64,000 bases of DNA. It comes from Eledone cirrhosa (Eukaryota). The stretch covers positions 10,850,001 through 10,914,000 of the forward strand of contig OZ024751.1 in the NCBI GenBank assembly GCA_964016885.1, read 5' to 3'. Made by a program: the position numbers and the translations under genes. The notes under the pieces were generated by a model. It had not been told where the DNA came from. It did no database searches and worked only from the letters and a program-made list of their open reading frames with translations. Shown here one piece after another: positions 14,351-28,830 of the stretch; within the stretch, counting starts at the first letter, position 1, and every line of letters starts with the position of its first letter.

Positions 14351-16792
14351 TTAATTAGGTTTATAATATTTAAATGTTTTTTTTAGTTTATGATTACACG
14401 ATATAATTAATTCCTGTCGTTTATTTAATAAGATATCCTTAGACTTCATTATTTCAAATAGTTCTTGGGAACATAATCTACATTCATTTCTATTATTTTG
14501 ATAAGGGGTGGCTCTTTTGAGCACACTCCAGGTCAAATCATATTCTATATTCTTATTTTTATAACTATTGATTTTTTCTGCTAGAGATGTTGTATTAGCC
14601 AGTGCGGCATTTTTAAAACTATGCTTGTGGGTATTAAACCTTGTCTTAAAATTGTTAGAGGTAGCTCCTATATATGAGCAAATAGAATCTTTAGTTTTAA
14701 CATTACATTTATAGACTATGTTGTTAACAAGACAATTCCCTTTTAATGGGCAGTTTGCTTTGTTTCTACAGTTACATCCTTTCGTTAATTCTGTATTTGA
14801 GGAGATATTATGGTTAATTTGATGTACTGGTGGTATACTTATGGTTTTCTTACATTTATATGCATTATACGCACTTATATTTTGTTTTATGTTATTTGTT
14901 GTAGAGTATGAGAATTTAACTGTAGACCTATTTAAGATTTGATGGTATTTGTGGTTTGGCGGGAAGTTTTTCTCAAGGATATAAAAAAATTTTTTAGCAA
15001 TATTATCCTTAACTTGTAAATTAAAAGGAGCATTATACCAAGTAACCCGTCTATTACGGTTTCTATGTTGTTTATTATTTTTATTATTTTTATAGGTTGT
15101 ATCGTGATTTTTACTAGGAGGATTAATGTTAATGATCTCACCACAACTATTTTTAGTTATATTTGTAGATTTAGGTGTTTTATCCTTTTTATTAGGAGTT
15201 TTATTATTAATATTTATTAGAGTTGTATGATGAGTAGTTTTTTGAGAGTTACTATACTTTATATTAGAAGATTTGGTATTTTGGGGTATAGTGTGGGTGG
15301 CATTTAGGTGTGTACTATTCATTTGGTGTTTGTTGGTAATATTATGTTGTATGCTTTCAGTATTTTTAGTAGAAGGTATATACTCTAATCTATTTTTGTG
15401 GCCACTTCTATCTAGAGCTTCGTTATAGAAGGTCGCATTTTTATCAAATACATCTTGGTTAGAAGAAAGGTTAGAAATTCTAAGTGATATATTATATGCA
15501 AGGTTTTTAAGGATAGATTTAGGGTGATTAGATTGTGAGTGTATGTAATGTAAGTTTTGGTTAGGTTTATGGTAAGGTTGGTAGATACCCGTAGCTAAAT
15601 CTAAAGTTATATCTAGGAAATTTACTACTTTACTTGTTTTTTCAAAAGTAATATTAAGATTATAATAGTCTTTAAGGAAAGTTCTAATATGTTTTTTGTT
15701 TTTTTCAATTTCTGAAAGGCTAAGGTTGTTAGAAAGAAGAAGACAGTCATCACGATATAAACCACCTTTGAGGTGGGGAAAAGACGCATTTATGTTGAAA
15801 AGGAGAAAGAGGCCCACAAGATCAGTAATTTGGGCGGAATCGCTTGAACCCATAGTAATATCAAAAAGATTACTGTATGTGTTTCTGGTCCAGTATTCAT
15901 TCTGAAATTTAATAAGTGTTAGTCTAGCATGTGTAATAATGTTAATGTCATCCAAAGTTAAGTTAGATCTATTTTTAGCAAATATCAATGCTTTGTTCAG
16001 GAGTATAGGTGATATAGAAGAATAGTAATTATCTATATCAAATTGTAGGAATGAAGCAGAAGATTTACACCTAATATTTTTAAACCAGTTAATTACCTGG
16101 GAGGTGTTTTCCCAGAGTGGTAAAATAACGTGTTTTCTTATTTGTGGGATGACTCTATCTAAAATTTTTTTGCTAATTATTCCAATATCTGATTTGGAGG
16201 GACATATAAGTCTAATAGAAGGATTTGAGTTAAAGTTAGATTTGTGATCTTTCAGGTTGAAGTGTGGTCTTTTCAATGCCAAAGGTTCAGTTCTATCTTC
16301 AATGTTTAGTTTTTTTACTATGTTGTGTGTTTTGTTGTTGATGTTGGTGAGTGACACATTATTAGATTTTTTGTAATTTTTTCTGAGTTCTTTATATATG
16401 AACTCGTTATAATGTTCAATATCCATATGATACAAGTTACCAGTTTTGTCCGAGTGGACATGGATTTTTTTAGACTTTTTTAGGTCCAATAGGGTAGAAT
16501 CAAGGTCCTTTTGAAAGACGGATTTATACTTTTTAAATTTGAGGTGTTTAATTAAATTAAAAAGGTCTTTCTCGAAGTCTTCAAGTAAAAAGTTGTGTGG
16601 TGGATTCTTGTAAGTATTGAAATCATACATATATTTCCGATCTGCTTGTTTAGATTTTCTATCGAAGTGGTAGGCTCTCCATCTAACCCTTCTGATAAAA
16701 TTATTAGTTTTCTGAATCATAAGGAGTAAGAAGTCATCCTTAGAAGGTATTGGTATGTTTTTTAAGGAGGTTCCTAAATATTGTTTTTCCAT
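14351..16792 (-). CDS. PLE polyprotein: reverse transcriptase plus GIY-YIG endonuclease (813 aa from the first ATG; open to 16813)
   Basis: N-terminal SLKNIPIP..FIRRVRWRA; RT motifs QFDIDNYYSSI, TMGSSDSAQ, YRDD, NFLDITL, YHKP..SNHP; Cys linker CNCRNKANCPLKGNC; endonuclease IVY..YIGAT..FKTRFNTH..C.LC..E..LLNKR. No internal stops. Confidence 0.95.
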   Translation of the reverse strand: MEKQYLGTSLKNIPIPSKDDFLLLMIQKTNNFIRRVRWRAYHFDRKSKQADRKYMYDFNTYKNPPHNFLLEDFEKDLFNLIKHLKFKKYKSVFQKDLDSTLLDLKKSKKIHVHSDKTGNLYHMDIEHYNEFIYKELRKNYKKSNNVSLTNINNKTHNIVKKLNIEDRTEPLALKRPHFNLKDHKSNFNSNPSIRLICPSKSDIGIISKKILDRVIPQIRKHVILPLWENTSQVINWFKNIRCKSSASFLQFDIDNYYSSISPILLNKALIFAKNRSNLTLDDINIITHARLTLIKFQNEYWTRNTYSNLFDITMGSSDSAQITDLVGLFLLFNINASFPHLKGGLYRDDCLLLSNNLSLSEIEKNKKHIRTFLKDYYNLNITFEKTSKVVNFLDITLDLATGIYQPYHKPNQNLHYIHSQSNHPKSILKNLAYNISLRISNLSSNQDVFDKNATFYNEALDRSGHKNRLEYIPSTKNTESIQHNITNKHQMNSTHLNATHTIPQNTKSSNIKYSNSQKTTHHTTLININNKTPNKKDKTPKSTNITKNSCGEIININPPSKNHDTTYKNNKNNKQHRNRNRRVTWYNAPFNLQVKDNIAKKFFYILEKNFPPNHKYHQILNRSTVKFSYSTTNNIKQNISAYNAYKCKKTISIPPVHQINHNISSNTELTKGCNCRNKANCPLKGNCLVNNIVYKCNVKTKDSICSYIGATSNNFKTRFNTHKHSFKNAALANTTSLAEKINSYKNKNIEYDLTWSVLKRATPYQNNRNECRLCSQELFEIMKSKDILLNKRQELIISCNHKLKKTFKYYKPN

Positions 16793-16944
16793 TGTGATAT
16801 GGATGATGGACAATTGAAAGAGCTCAACTAAATGTATATGGGTTTACAAAATCATACATATATATATGTATATACATAAATATAAAATTAATACACACAT
16901 ACAGTACAAAAATATGAATATTTCCGTGAAAATAGGAGCAAAAT

Positions 16945-17942
16945 TATGTAGATAAATCTACCAAGAGTTTACGGTAGTGTCCAATCCGTATGAAGAACTC
17001 AATGTATTCCGGATATCATGGAAAGAAGAGATGTAATGAAAAATCACTTTCGGTGAAAGATAAACGGTATACAGAGTCAAGATAAAATATTAAACAAATA
17101 ATGAATAAACAATTCCTTATATTAAACAAAAAAAGTTCATTATTTAACGATCGTTTCTAGGATATATATGTGTTAGAATTGGTATGCATATTCAACAGAT
17201 CTATGTACAAAATTATACAAAATTATACAAATTATCAAGATTAAATATACATACCAACACATATATACGCCGTCTTCAGAAATAATGAAGTATATTTATT
17301 GATAATAACAACAATTCAAAATTTCAGGTCCGTTTGGGAACAAAATTGACCAATGAAAACACAAAGGGTTAAATGCAGTTCGGTGTGTGTATATACATGC
17401 AAAACCCCCACACATATTTTACAAAAATGTATGTATAATTTGTATACGCATACTAAAAGGATGGATGCAAATACAAAATTTCAAGGTTAATGTCTCTGTA
17501 AGTTTATAATGCACAGATAAGATGCGTATTGACACAAGTATGAAGTTAAGTATATAAATATATTTTTTCATACTCACACATATCCGTACAATCACACATA
17601 CACGCGCGTATATGCATAAATATACACATAACCACGAACATACAAACACACACACACCCCCACTCACATTTATATATGTGGATATAAAATCATAAGCACA
17701 TGGATATTAATTCACTCACATAAAACACTGGCACACACATTTTTAGATCAAGATACAGAAATTAGGTGGGAGGGGGGGGGGGGAGAGGTCAGTGTTCAAC
17801 GGTCTGAGCAGACTGCCTAATATAGATGTATCTATAAACTAAGAAAATAAAAATAAAAAATAATAAATAAACATTAAAGAGGAAAGAATAGAAAGAAAAA
17901 AGAAAAAAGAAAAAAGAAAAAAGAAAAAAGAAATATATCAAG

Positions 17943-17978
<36 letters not shown>

Positions 17979-18195
17979 CATACACATACATATATATATA
18001 TATATATACACACACATATATATATAATATACATATATATACACATAGACACACACACACACATACATAAATATACACACATATACAAACACATACATAC
18101 ATATACACACATCCACACTAAGAACATACATACACACACATATATAAACATATACATATACACACATACATACATATACACATATACATACAAAT

Positions 18196-18244
<49 letters not shown>

Positions 18245-18640
18245 CATATATATGTATATACACGTACATATACACACACATATACATATAATCACACATA
18301 CTATATAGACACAGATATATATAACCACACACATACATGCACATTTACAACACTTACATACTAATATACATACAGATATACACATACATAGCTATATATA
18401 CACACAAATATATACATACAGACAAATACTTACGCATCTATATATCGGTATATACATACAAACACCACTACACTATCACACAACTTAGAAATACAAAGAG
18501 AAAGGTATATACCTATACACACATACATATACAAATAGAAAAACATATAGATATATATATATATATATATACACACACATATATATATACATATATATAT
18601 ATATAACATATATATATATATATATATACACATACATATA
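16945..18640 (-). repeat. 5' pLTR of the PLE
   Basis: Direct repeat of 9911-11620. Confidence 0.9.
17136..17289 (-). ncRNA. Type I hammerhead ribozyme in the 5' pLTR
   Basis: Same sequence as 10102-10255, about 340 nt upstream of the ATG. Confidence 0.75.
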
Positions 18641-18690
18641 TCAGGTCCGTTTGGGAACAAAATTGACCAATGAAAACACAAAGGGTTAAA
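18641..18690. repeat. 50 bp extra copy of an internal pLTR segment
   Basis: TCAGGTCCGTTTGGGAAC..AAGGGTTAAA equals 10290-10339 and 17324-17373. Confidence 0.9.
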
Positions 18691-19067
18691 AACCAGTATG
18701 ACTCTAAAAACCGGTTTGTCTGTGTGTTTACATACAGAATAGCTGGCCACTCACAGTAAAGTGACCAGTGAAAAAACTTGGTACATCTACATATTTATAC
18801 GTGTGTGTATTCATATACATACTAGTATTTCAGTATATATATATGGATGTACATCTTTAACTTAATTGTTTAAGCGTCAGTCATACAAAAGTGAGTTACA
18901 AACGAAATGAAATTTAATTTCGTTTCGTTATTTGTTTTTATCGTCTCCGTTGAACCGGTACTTACTCACACTCTATGCAAATTGGTCTGCCCACTACTAA
19001 TTTTCATAGAAAAAGCATATAACGATATGTGCTTTTACGATTCTCTAGAGAGGCCGGAAGATAGGTA

Positions 19068-19112
19068 AATATTGCTGATGAGTTGTAACAACAACGAAAC
19101 TAGTCCAATATT
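19068..19112 (+). ncRNA. Minimal type I hammerhead ribozyme, copy 1
   Basis: aatattg-CTGATGA-gttg(taacaa)caac-GAAA-ctag-TC-caatatt; canonical core, GUC cleavage site after 19105. Confidence 0.93.
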
Positions 19113-19532
19113 CCTTGTCTGGCTTTCTGGAGAATAGAGGAAAGGTGTTTCCTCAAAAACCAGTATGACTCTAAAAACCGGTTTGTCTGTGTGTTTACAT
19201 ACAGAATAGCTGGCCACTCACAGTAAAGTGACCAGCGAAAAAACTTGGTACGTCTACATATGTATACGTGTGTGTATTCATATACATACTAGTATTTCAG
19301 TATATATATATGGATGTACATCTTTAACTTAATTGTTTAAGCGTCAGTCATACAAAAGTGAGTTACAAACGAAACGAAATTTAATTTCGTTTCGTTATTT
19401 GTTTTTATCGTCTCCGTTGAACCGGTACTTACTCACTCTATGCAAATTGGTCTGCCCACTACTAATTTTCATAGAAAAAGCATATAACGATATGTGCTTT
19501 TACGATTCTCTAGAGAGGCCGGAAGATAGGTA

Positions 19533-19577
19533 AATATTGCTGATGAGTTGTAACAACAACGAAACTAGTCCAATATT
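19533..19577 (+). ncRNA. Minimal type I hammerhead ribozyme, copy 2
   Basis: Identical to copy 1. Confidence 0.93.
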
Positions 19578-19999
19578 CCTTGTCTGGCTTTCTGTAGAAT
19601 AGAGGAAAGGTGTTTCCTCAAAAACCAGTATGACTCTAAAAACCGGTTTGTCTGTGTGTTTACATACAGAATAGCTGGCCACTCACAGTAAAGTGACCAA
19701 GGAAAAAACTTGGTACATCTACATATGTATACGTGTGTGTATTCATATACATACTAGTATTTCAGTATATATATATGGATGTACATCTTTAACTTAATTG
19801 TTTAAGCGTCAGTCATACAAAAGTGAGTTACAAACGAAACGAAATTTAATTTCGTTTCGTTATTTGTTTTTATCGTCTCCGTTGAATCGGTACTTACTCA
19901 CACTCTATGCAAATTGGTCTGCCCACTACTAATTTTCATAGAAAAAGCATATAACGATATGTGCTTTTACGATTCTCTAGAGAGGCCGGAAGATAGGTA

Positions 20000-20044
20000 A
20001 ATATTGCTGATGAGTTGTAACAACAACGAAACTAGTCCAATATT
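20000..20044 (+). ncRNA. Minimal type I hammerhead ribozyme, copy 3
   Basis: Identical to copy 1. Confidence 0.93.
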
Positions 20045-20340
20045 CCTTGTCTGGCTTTCTGGAGAATAGAGGAAAGGTTTTTCCTCAAAAACCAGTATGA
20101 CTCTAAAAACCGGTTTGTCTGTGTGTTTACATACAGAATAGCTGGCCACTCACAGTAAAGTGACCAGTGAAAAAACTTGGTACATCTACATATGTATACG
20201 TGTGTGTATTCATATACATACTAGTATTTCAGTATATATATATGGATGTACATCTTTAACTTAATTGTTTAAGCGTCAGTCATACAAAAGTGAGTTACAA
20301 ACGAAACGAAATTTAATTTCGTTTCGTTATTTGTTTTTAT

Positions 20341-22846
<2,506 letters not shown>

Positions 22847-23624
22847 TCTTCATGTATGTCTGAAAGCGCAAACTTAAAACACTGTTTTCGCCATCAATTC
22901 GAATGCCTTTCAAACACACCTGCTATGTTTAGTTTTTCACATTTTCTTTTGAATAATTTCTCCTTGCAGTTTTATATATTTAAAAAAATATTATTATCTT
23001 TATTTTCATTATTACTTTCAACTTTTAAAGATTTTCAAACTATTTCAAGTGGAAGCGAATAACATGTCAAGAAAAAAACAAAACAAATAAAAAACAAAAC
23101 AAAAAACAAAAACAAAAACAAACTAAAAAAAATCAACAAAATATATAAAAAGGAATCACATTAAAAAACAAAAAAGCAAAACAAAGCTGCAACAACAATA
23201 ATAACGCCAAATCACATTTACTCTCTCATGGTAAAAATAAAAGAATTTAGTATAATTATTATTATTATTATTATTATTGAACATAAAAAATTATTATTAT
23301 CATTATAGTTAATGGTATTGTCATCATCATCATCATCATCTTTGTCATCATCATCATCATCATCATCGTCGTCGCCATTATTCTTTTATATTTAATTTCT
23401 ACTGAAATAAAAACTTCAGGTTGAAGCAGATGTCTATAATTTCCTTACCTTTTTTCTTTCTTTTTTCTATTTTTCTTTTTTTATTTCTTTTCTTCCTAAC
23501 GTCCTTTCTTTCATTTTTCTTCTGAAATCTCAATTTTCTTTAGTCTAGTTAAATTTTTACGCCATTATCCACCACCCTCTACTCCACCCTGCTCCCATCT
23601 CATCCCTTTCTGCACCACCGATTT

Positions 23625-25625
23625 TTAATAATAACAACATCAACAACATTATCACGCCACCACCACCACCACCACCACAAACCACCACACACTTCCACTA
23701 TCACCACTACCACCCCTCCACAACATCTATAACAACCGCAAGTCTACGACAATAACCATTAATAAAACCATCACCGTCACCATTACCATTATCATTAACA
23801 CCACCAGTAACAACAAAAGCCATAACGACATCAACACTAACACATAGCAGTCATTAGCAACACCACGGTACAATCACCGAAACTAACAACAAAACAACTC
23901 AACTGCAATGACAAGAATACAACCACCGCCACACCCTTACCACCACCATCGCCACTACAACTACCACCAACAACAACACCATCGCCACTACCAATACCAC
24001 CACCACTGCCACTACCACTGCCATTACCACTACCACCACCATCACCACTACCACTATCACCACCACCACCGCCATTACAACTACCACCACCGACACTACC
24101 ACTATCACCACCACCGCCATTATAACTACCACCACCGACACTACCACTATCACCACCACCGACACTACCACTACCACCACCATCGCCATTACAACTACCA
24201 CCATCGCCACTACCAATACCACCACCATCACCACTACCACTACCACCACCGTCGCCATTACAACTACCACCATCACCACTACCAATACCACCACCATCAC
24301 CACTACCACCACCATCGCCATTACAACTACCACCATCGCCACTACCAATACCACCACCATCACCACTACCAATACCACCGCCATTGCAACTACCACCACC
24401 ATTGCCATTGCAACTACCACCACCATTGCCATTACAACTACCACCACCATTGCCATTACAACTACCACCACCATTGCCATTACAACTACCACCACCTTCG
24501 CCATTACAACTACCACCACCTTCGCCATTACAACTACCACCACCTTCGCCATTACAACTACCACCACCTTCGCCATTACAACTACCACCACCACCGCCAT
24601 TACAACTACCACCATCGCCACTACCACCACCATTGCCGTTACCACTACTACCACCATCGCCACCATCGCCACTACCACCGCCACTACCATCACCATCACC
24701 ACAAAAACAAGCAATACCACCGACCAACAATACGCCATCAACACAATCACCACCACCTACAACAATACCACCGCAACCGTCACCAACCCGACCATAACCT
24801 GCACCCCCACCATCATCACTATCGGCACAATCCCCACCACCGCCTCGATAGCCTCAAGCACTCCATCGCCACCTCACTTACAATGGAAATCACCACCACT
24901 TTCAATTTCCACACCGCATTTTCATAAACCCACGCCACTACTTCGACTTTGTGTGTTTCAGCAGTATCTCCCACCAACACACCACCTCCACCACCTCTGC
25001 AACTGCTACTACTACACCCACTCCATCGCCACCACCTCGCTTACAATCAAAATCACCACCAGCCCTCCATCACCACCACTACCACCATCAGCACTACCAA
25101 TACCACCATCAGCACCACCACTACCTCCACCTCACTTACAATCAAACTCACCACCAGCCTTCCATCACCACCAATACCACCATCAGCACCACCACTACCA
25201 CCACCTCACTTACAGTCAAACTTACCACCAGCCCTCCATCACCACCAATACCACCATCAGCACTACCACCACCACTACCGCCACCTCGCTTACAATCAAA
25301 ATCACCACCAGCCCTCCATCACCACCAATACCACCATCAGCGCCACCACTACCACCACCTCGCTTACAAGCAAAATCACCATCAGCCCTCCATCATCACC
25401 ACCAATACCACCATTAGCATCATCACCACCACCACCACACCACCTTGCTTACAATCCAAATCACCACCAGCCCTCCATCACACCACCATCAGCAATATCA
25501 CCACCACCACTACCACTACCACCACCATCTCACTAACAATCAAAACCACCACCACCACAACCACCACAATACATTCAATCACCACGCCACATTTTTATAA
25601 ACCCACACCACTACTTCGAGTTTGT
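23625..25625. repeat. (CAC/TAC)-derived minisatellites
   Basis: ~24 bp units GCCATTACAACTACCACCACC, then longer units with CTTACAATCAAAATCACCACCAGCCCTCCATC. Confidence 0.85.
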
Positions 25626-26170
25626 GTAGTGTGAAGACTTTTAAAAAATGTAAAACAAATTATTTTGACAAAATAACTTCGTAATGAAGGTATAACTATA
25701 ATAACTAGCGTGTCTCTTTTATATTTTTTTACCTCCCCTTACTTTCACAAACTTGCCTGCTGCTTATTTTATTTTATGTTTGTTTAAGAAAATATTTGTA
25801 TTATTTTTATTGAAATATTTCTCAATGTTCATTGGTAAAGAACCAAATTCTTTGGTCATTAAAGCACTTCTATTCGAGTCGCAAGTTCCATTCTTAAGCA
25901 CGGCGCTTTCACTAAAGTATTTGATGTCCATTTTGATTGTCTATCTATTTATCTTTCTATCTATCTATATGAATATGTATGTATGTATGTGTGTGTGTGT
26001 GTGTGTGTGTGTGAGTGTGTGTGTGTGTAAAAATATATGCGTGCATGTTTACGCATGTATATATATATATACGCGTACACATGCACGCATATATTTTTAC
26101 ACACGCGCACACGCACACGCGCACATACATACATATATACATACACACATACATACATACATACATGCAT

Positions 26171-26224
<54 letters not shown>

Positions 26225-27569
26225 GTATTTATTCGTCTTCATTTCCTTTATGGAATTTCAGAAGTTTATTAAAATGCGTTCTATTTTTTCTTTTGATTTT
26301 CTTTATTTTATACTCCTATTAAATTTTCATTCTTTTTCAGACATTTTAACGTATTTTGTTTATTTATATAGTTATTCATATATTTATACACACACACATA
26401 ATATATATATAAGCACACATATATATATAAATACACACACACATATATATAAACACACATATATATAAATACACACACACACATATATACGCACACACAC
26501 ACACATATATGTGTGTATCTATATACACAAACATATGTATACGTATATATATATATATATACAAACATTTATTATATATATATATATATATTTCTCTCTA
26601 ATGTTACCATTGAAATAATGTATAATCGAATAAACTCAACGAAATTTCGTTTCAATAAATATTTCACTTAAATGACCATTATTACTTTCTTGCGTGCCCT
26701 TTTCAAACATTTTATTTATTTATTTTGACTATTTTACCTTTTTTCTTGTTGCCTTCTATAATGTTCTTAATTCATTATAATTTCTTCATATTTTCTTTCT
26801 TTTTTTTCATTCTCAAAAAAAAAACACCCCCAAAAATTACAACAATAAAGAAAACAAGAAAACCTGTAAGTTATTTTCTATTTGTTTAATTTTGTTTGTT
26901 TGTATGTATGTATGTTTGTTTGTATTGCTCGTTTGTGTTTTCTTCTTTATTGATTTAATGATTTCGCCATTTTGGATGATATTACAAATGTTTACAGGAG
27001 TTTATTAACCATGAGAGTTTTCAACAACACTTCAAAACTACTATCACAATCATTATAACAACTGCCACTGATTTGATACTGATTGTGTTGTTTTTGTCGT
27101 TGTTGTTGTTCTTGTTGTTGATTTTGTTACTGTTGTTGTATGTATTTTTTTTTTTTTGTAAACAGCTATAAAGAAAAACAGATTTGTGATATATTGAAGT
27201 ATAACGACAGCTTTGTGATGTTACAACTTAATATATATATACATGCATGTATATACATATTATATACATACATATATATATATATATGCTTTGTTTGTGC
27301 ATTTATTAACTATATATACAATATATATATATATATATATATATAATGCTCTTTGTCTGTGTAATGTAACGTAACGTATTGGATGTACAGTGAAACATTT
27401 TAAAGCTGGGGTGTTGGTTCGAACCCCAAATGAGAAGTTCCAATTCATTTATTCCTTGTAAACGTGATTCTTTTCTATCTCCGAACTAATTTAATTGTGT
27501 ATGAGATAAACCTTGAAAATGGTGACCTAGGTTTCACTGACCTTAACCATCTACAATTTATATCGAGTA

Positions 27570-27830
27570 ATATGTAGTGTAGTGTAATGTGGTGCGATGG
27601 TGTAGTTTAGTGCAGTGCGATTTTGTATGGTGTAGTGTATTGTGTTGTGTAGTGTAATGTATGGTAGCGTAATGTGATGCGATTTTGTATGGTGTAGTGT
27701 ATTGTGTTGTGTAGTATAGTGTATGGTAGTGTAATGTGATGCGATTTTGTATGGTTTAGTGTATTGTGTTGCGTAGTGTATGGTAGTGTAATGTGATGCG
27801 ATGTTGTATAGTGTAATGTAGCATAGAGTA
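27570..27830. repeat. GTAGT/GTAAT pentamer-based minisatellite
   Basis: Repeated GCGATTTTGTATGGTGTAGTGTATTGTGTTG blocks. Confidence 0.8.
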
Positions 27831-28057
27831 AAACAATTTAGTTTAATGTGGCTCAGTGTTGAGTAGTGTGTTGTCAAGGGATTATATAATGAAACCATTA
27901 AATATAAATTCATAATGGTGTCGAAGCAACACTGTTGAGACATACGTCAAGTGTTCGAAATTCGTAAGAGAGAAAGAGAGGAGGAAAAAAAATGGTGTCT
28001 TTTCTATACTTCAACTTCATTTATCGAATCTTCCCGTTTCGTTCACATATTCCAGAG

Positions 28058-28205
28058 TGGGTTGTAATGACAGTCGTTAGAACATCGGATAGAATGATTT
28101 GCTGTATTCGTTTCGCTTCTCTTAGATCAAATCCCGCCGCGGTCAACTTTGTCTTTCCGCAATTCAAGGTCAATAAAAATGTACCAGTCAAGTAATGTGG
28201 TCGAT
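28058..28205 (+). mobile_element. Degenerate SINE (family A)
   Basis: GATCAAATCCCGCCGCGGTCAACTTTG..AAAAATGTACCAGT. Confidence 0.65.
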
Positions 28206-28684
28206 TCTTCCTCTATATCCCTTTCTCACTCCCATTCACTCTCTCTTTCTCTGGAAGTAATCTACTTGTTCAGGCCTGGAGAGGATTGGGTTCCGCCAGG
28301 TTTTAAAATGTCCCAGAGACACCGTATGTTAATACAGCGCCCATGAGACTCTTTCGGTAGTTACAGAACCATACATACATGCATGTAATGATGTGTGTGT
28401 GTGTGTGTGTGGTTAACTGTAGGCTTGTTATTGTTTAGCCACAGGTCTTCTCTCATAATGGAGATTTATAATCAAAAGCATTCCAACGATGACAAATCCT
28501 ATTTTTCTATATGTAATACTACAGTGTCAATTGTGTAATGCCCTTGTTTACTTAAAATAAAATAAAATGAAACGTGGATCGAATTTACGTATTCCTGCAG
28601 AGAGCAAGGCAAGGGAGAATTGTCTTGATAACGACGAGAGTGAGAGACGATGTTCATCGTCAACAGTAACCAACCCTTTGCTTC

Positions 28685-28830
28685 TTGTAAATGTTTCTAA
28701 TTTAAGCACAAGTTTAGCAAATTTAGACGGAGAGGAAAGTTGATTATAGCAACCCTATTACTTGACAGGTACATTAATATATCGAAGGCTTCTGGAAGGA
28801 TGTACTAACACAAGGTATTTTGTCCGAGTT
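28685..28830 (-). mobile_element. Highly degenerate SINE (family A)
   Basis: TGTTTCTAATTTAAGCACAAG..AGCAAATT..GGAAAGTTGATTATAGCAACCC resembles 320-400. Confidence 0.45.

Larger units (their letters stand above)
9911..18640 (-). mobile_element. Full-length Penelope-like retroelement (probably Naiad clade)
   Basis: Single RT plus GIY-YIG ORF between two near-identical direct repeats offset by 7034 bp, each with a hammerhead on the ORF strand. Confidence 0.92.
18688..20340 (+). mobile_element. Non-LTR retrozyme: tandem array of a 465-467 bp unit (~3.5 copies)
   Basis: Units start at ~18688, 19155, 19620 and 20087 and differ at only a few positions. No credible ORF; one hammerhead per complete unit; the array ends in (TA)n. 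Confidence 0.9.

Noticed and set aside
14351-16813. Selenoprotein-type Naiad
   Set aside because: No in-frame TGA; the ORF ends in TAA.
18688-20340. CRISPR-like array or repeated 60 aa ORFs
   Set aside because: Whole units are repeated with no unique spacers and there are no cas genes; the ORFs are short, lack an ATG start and show no recognisable motif.
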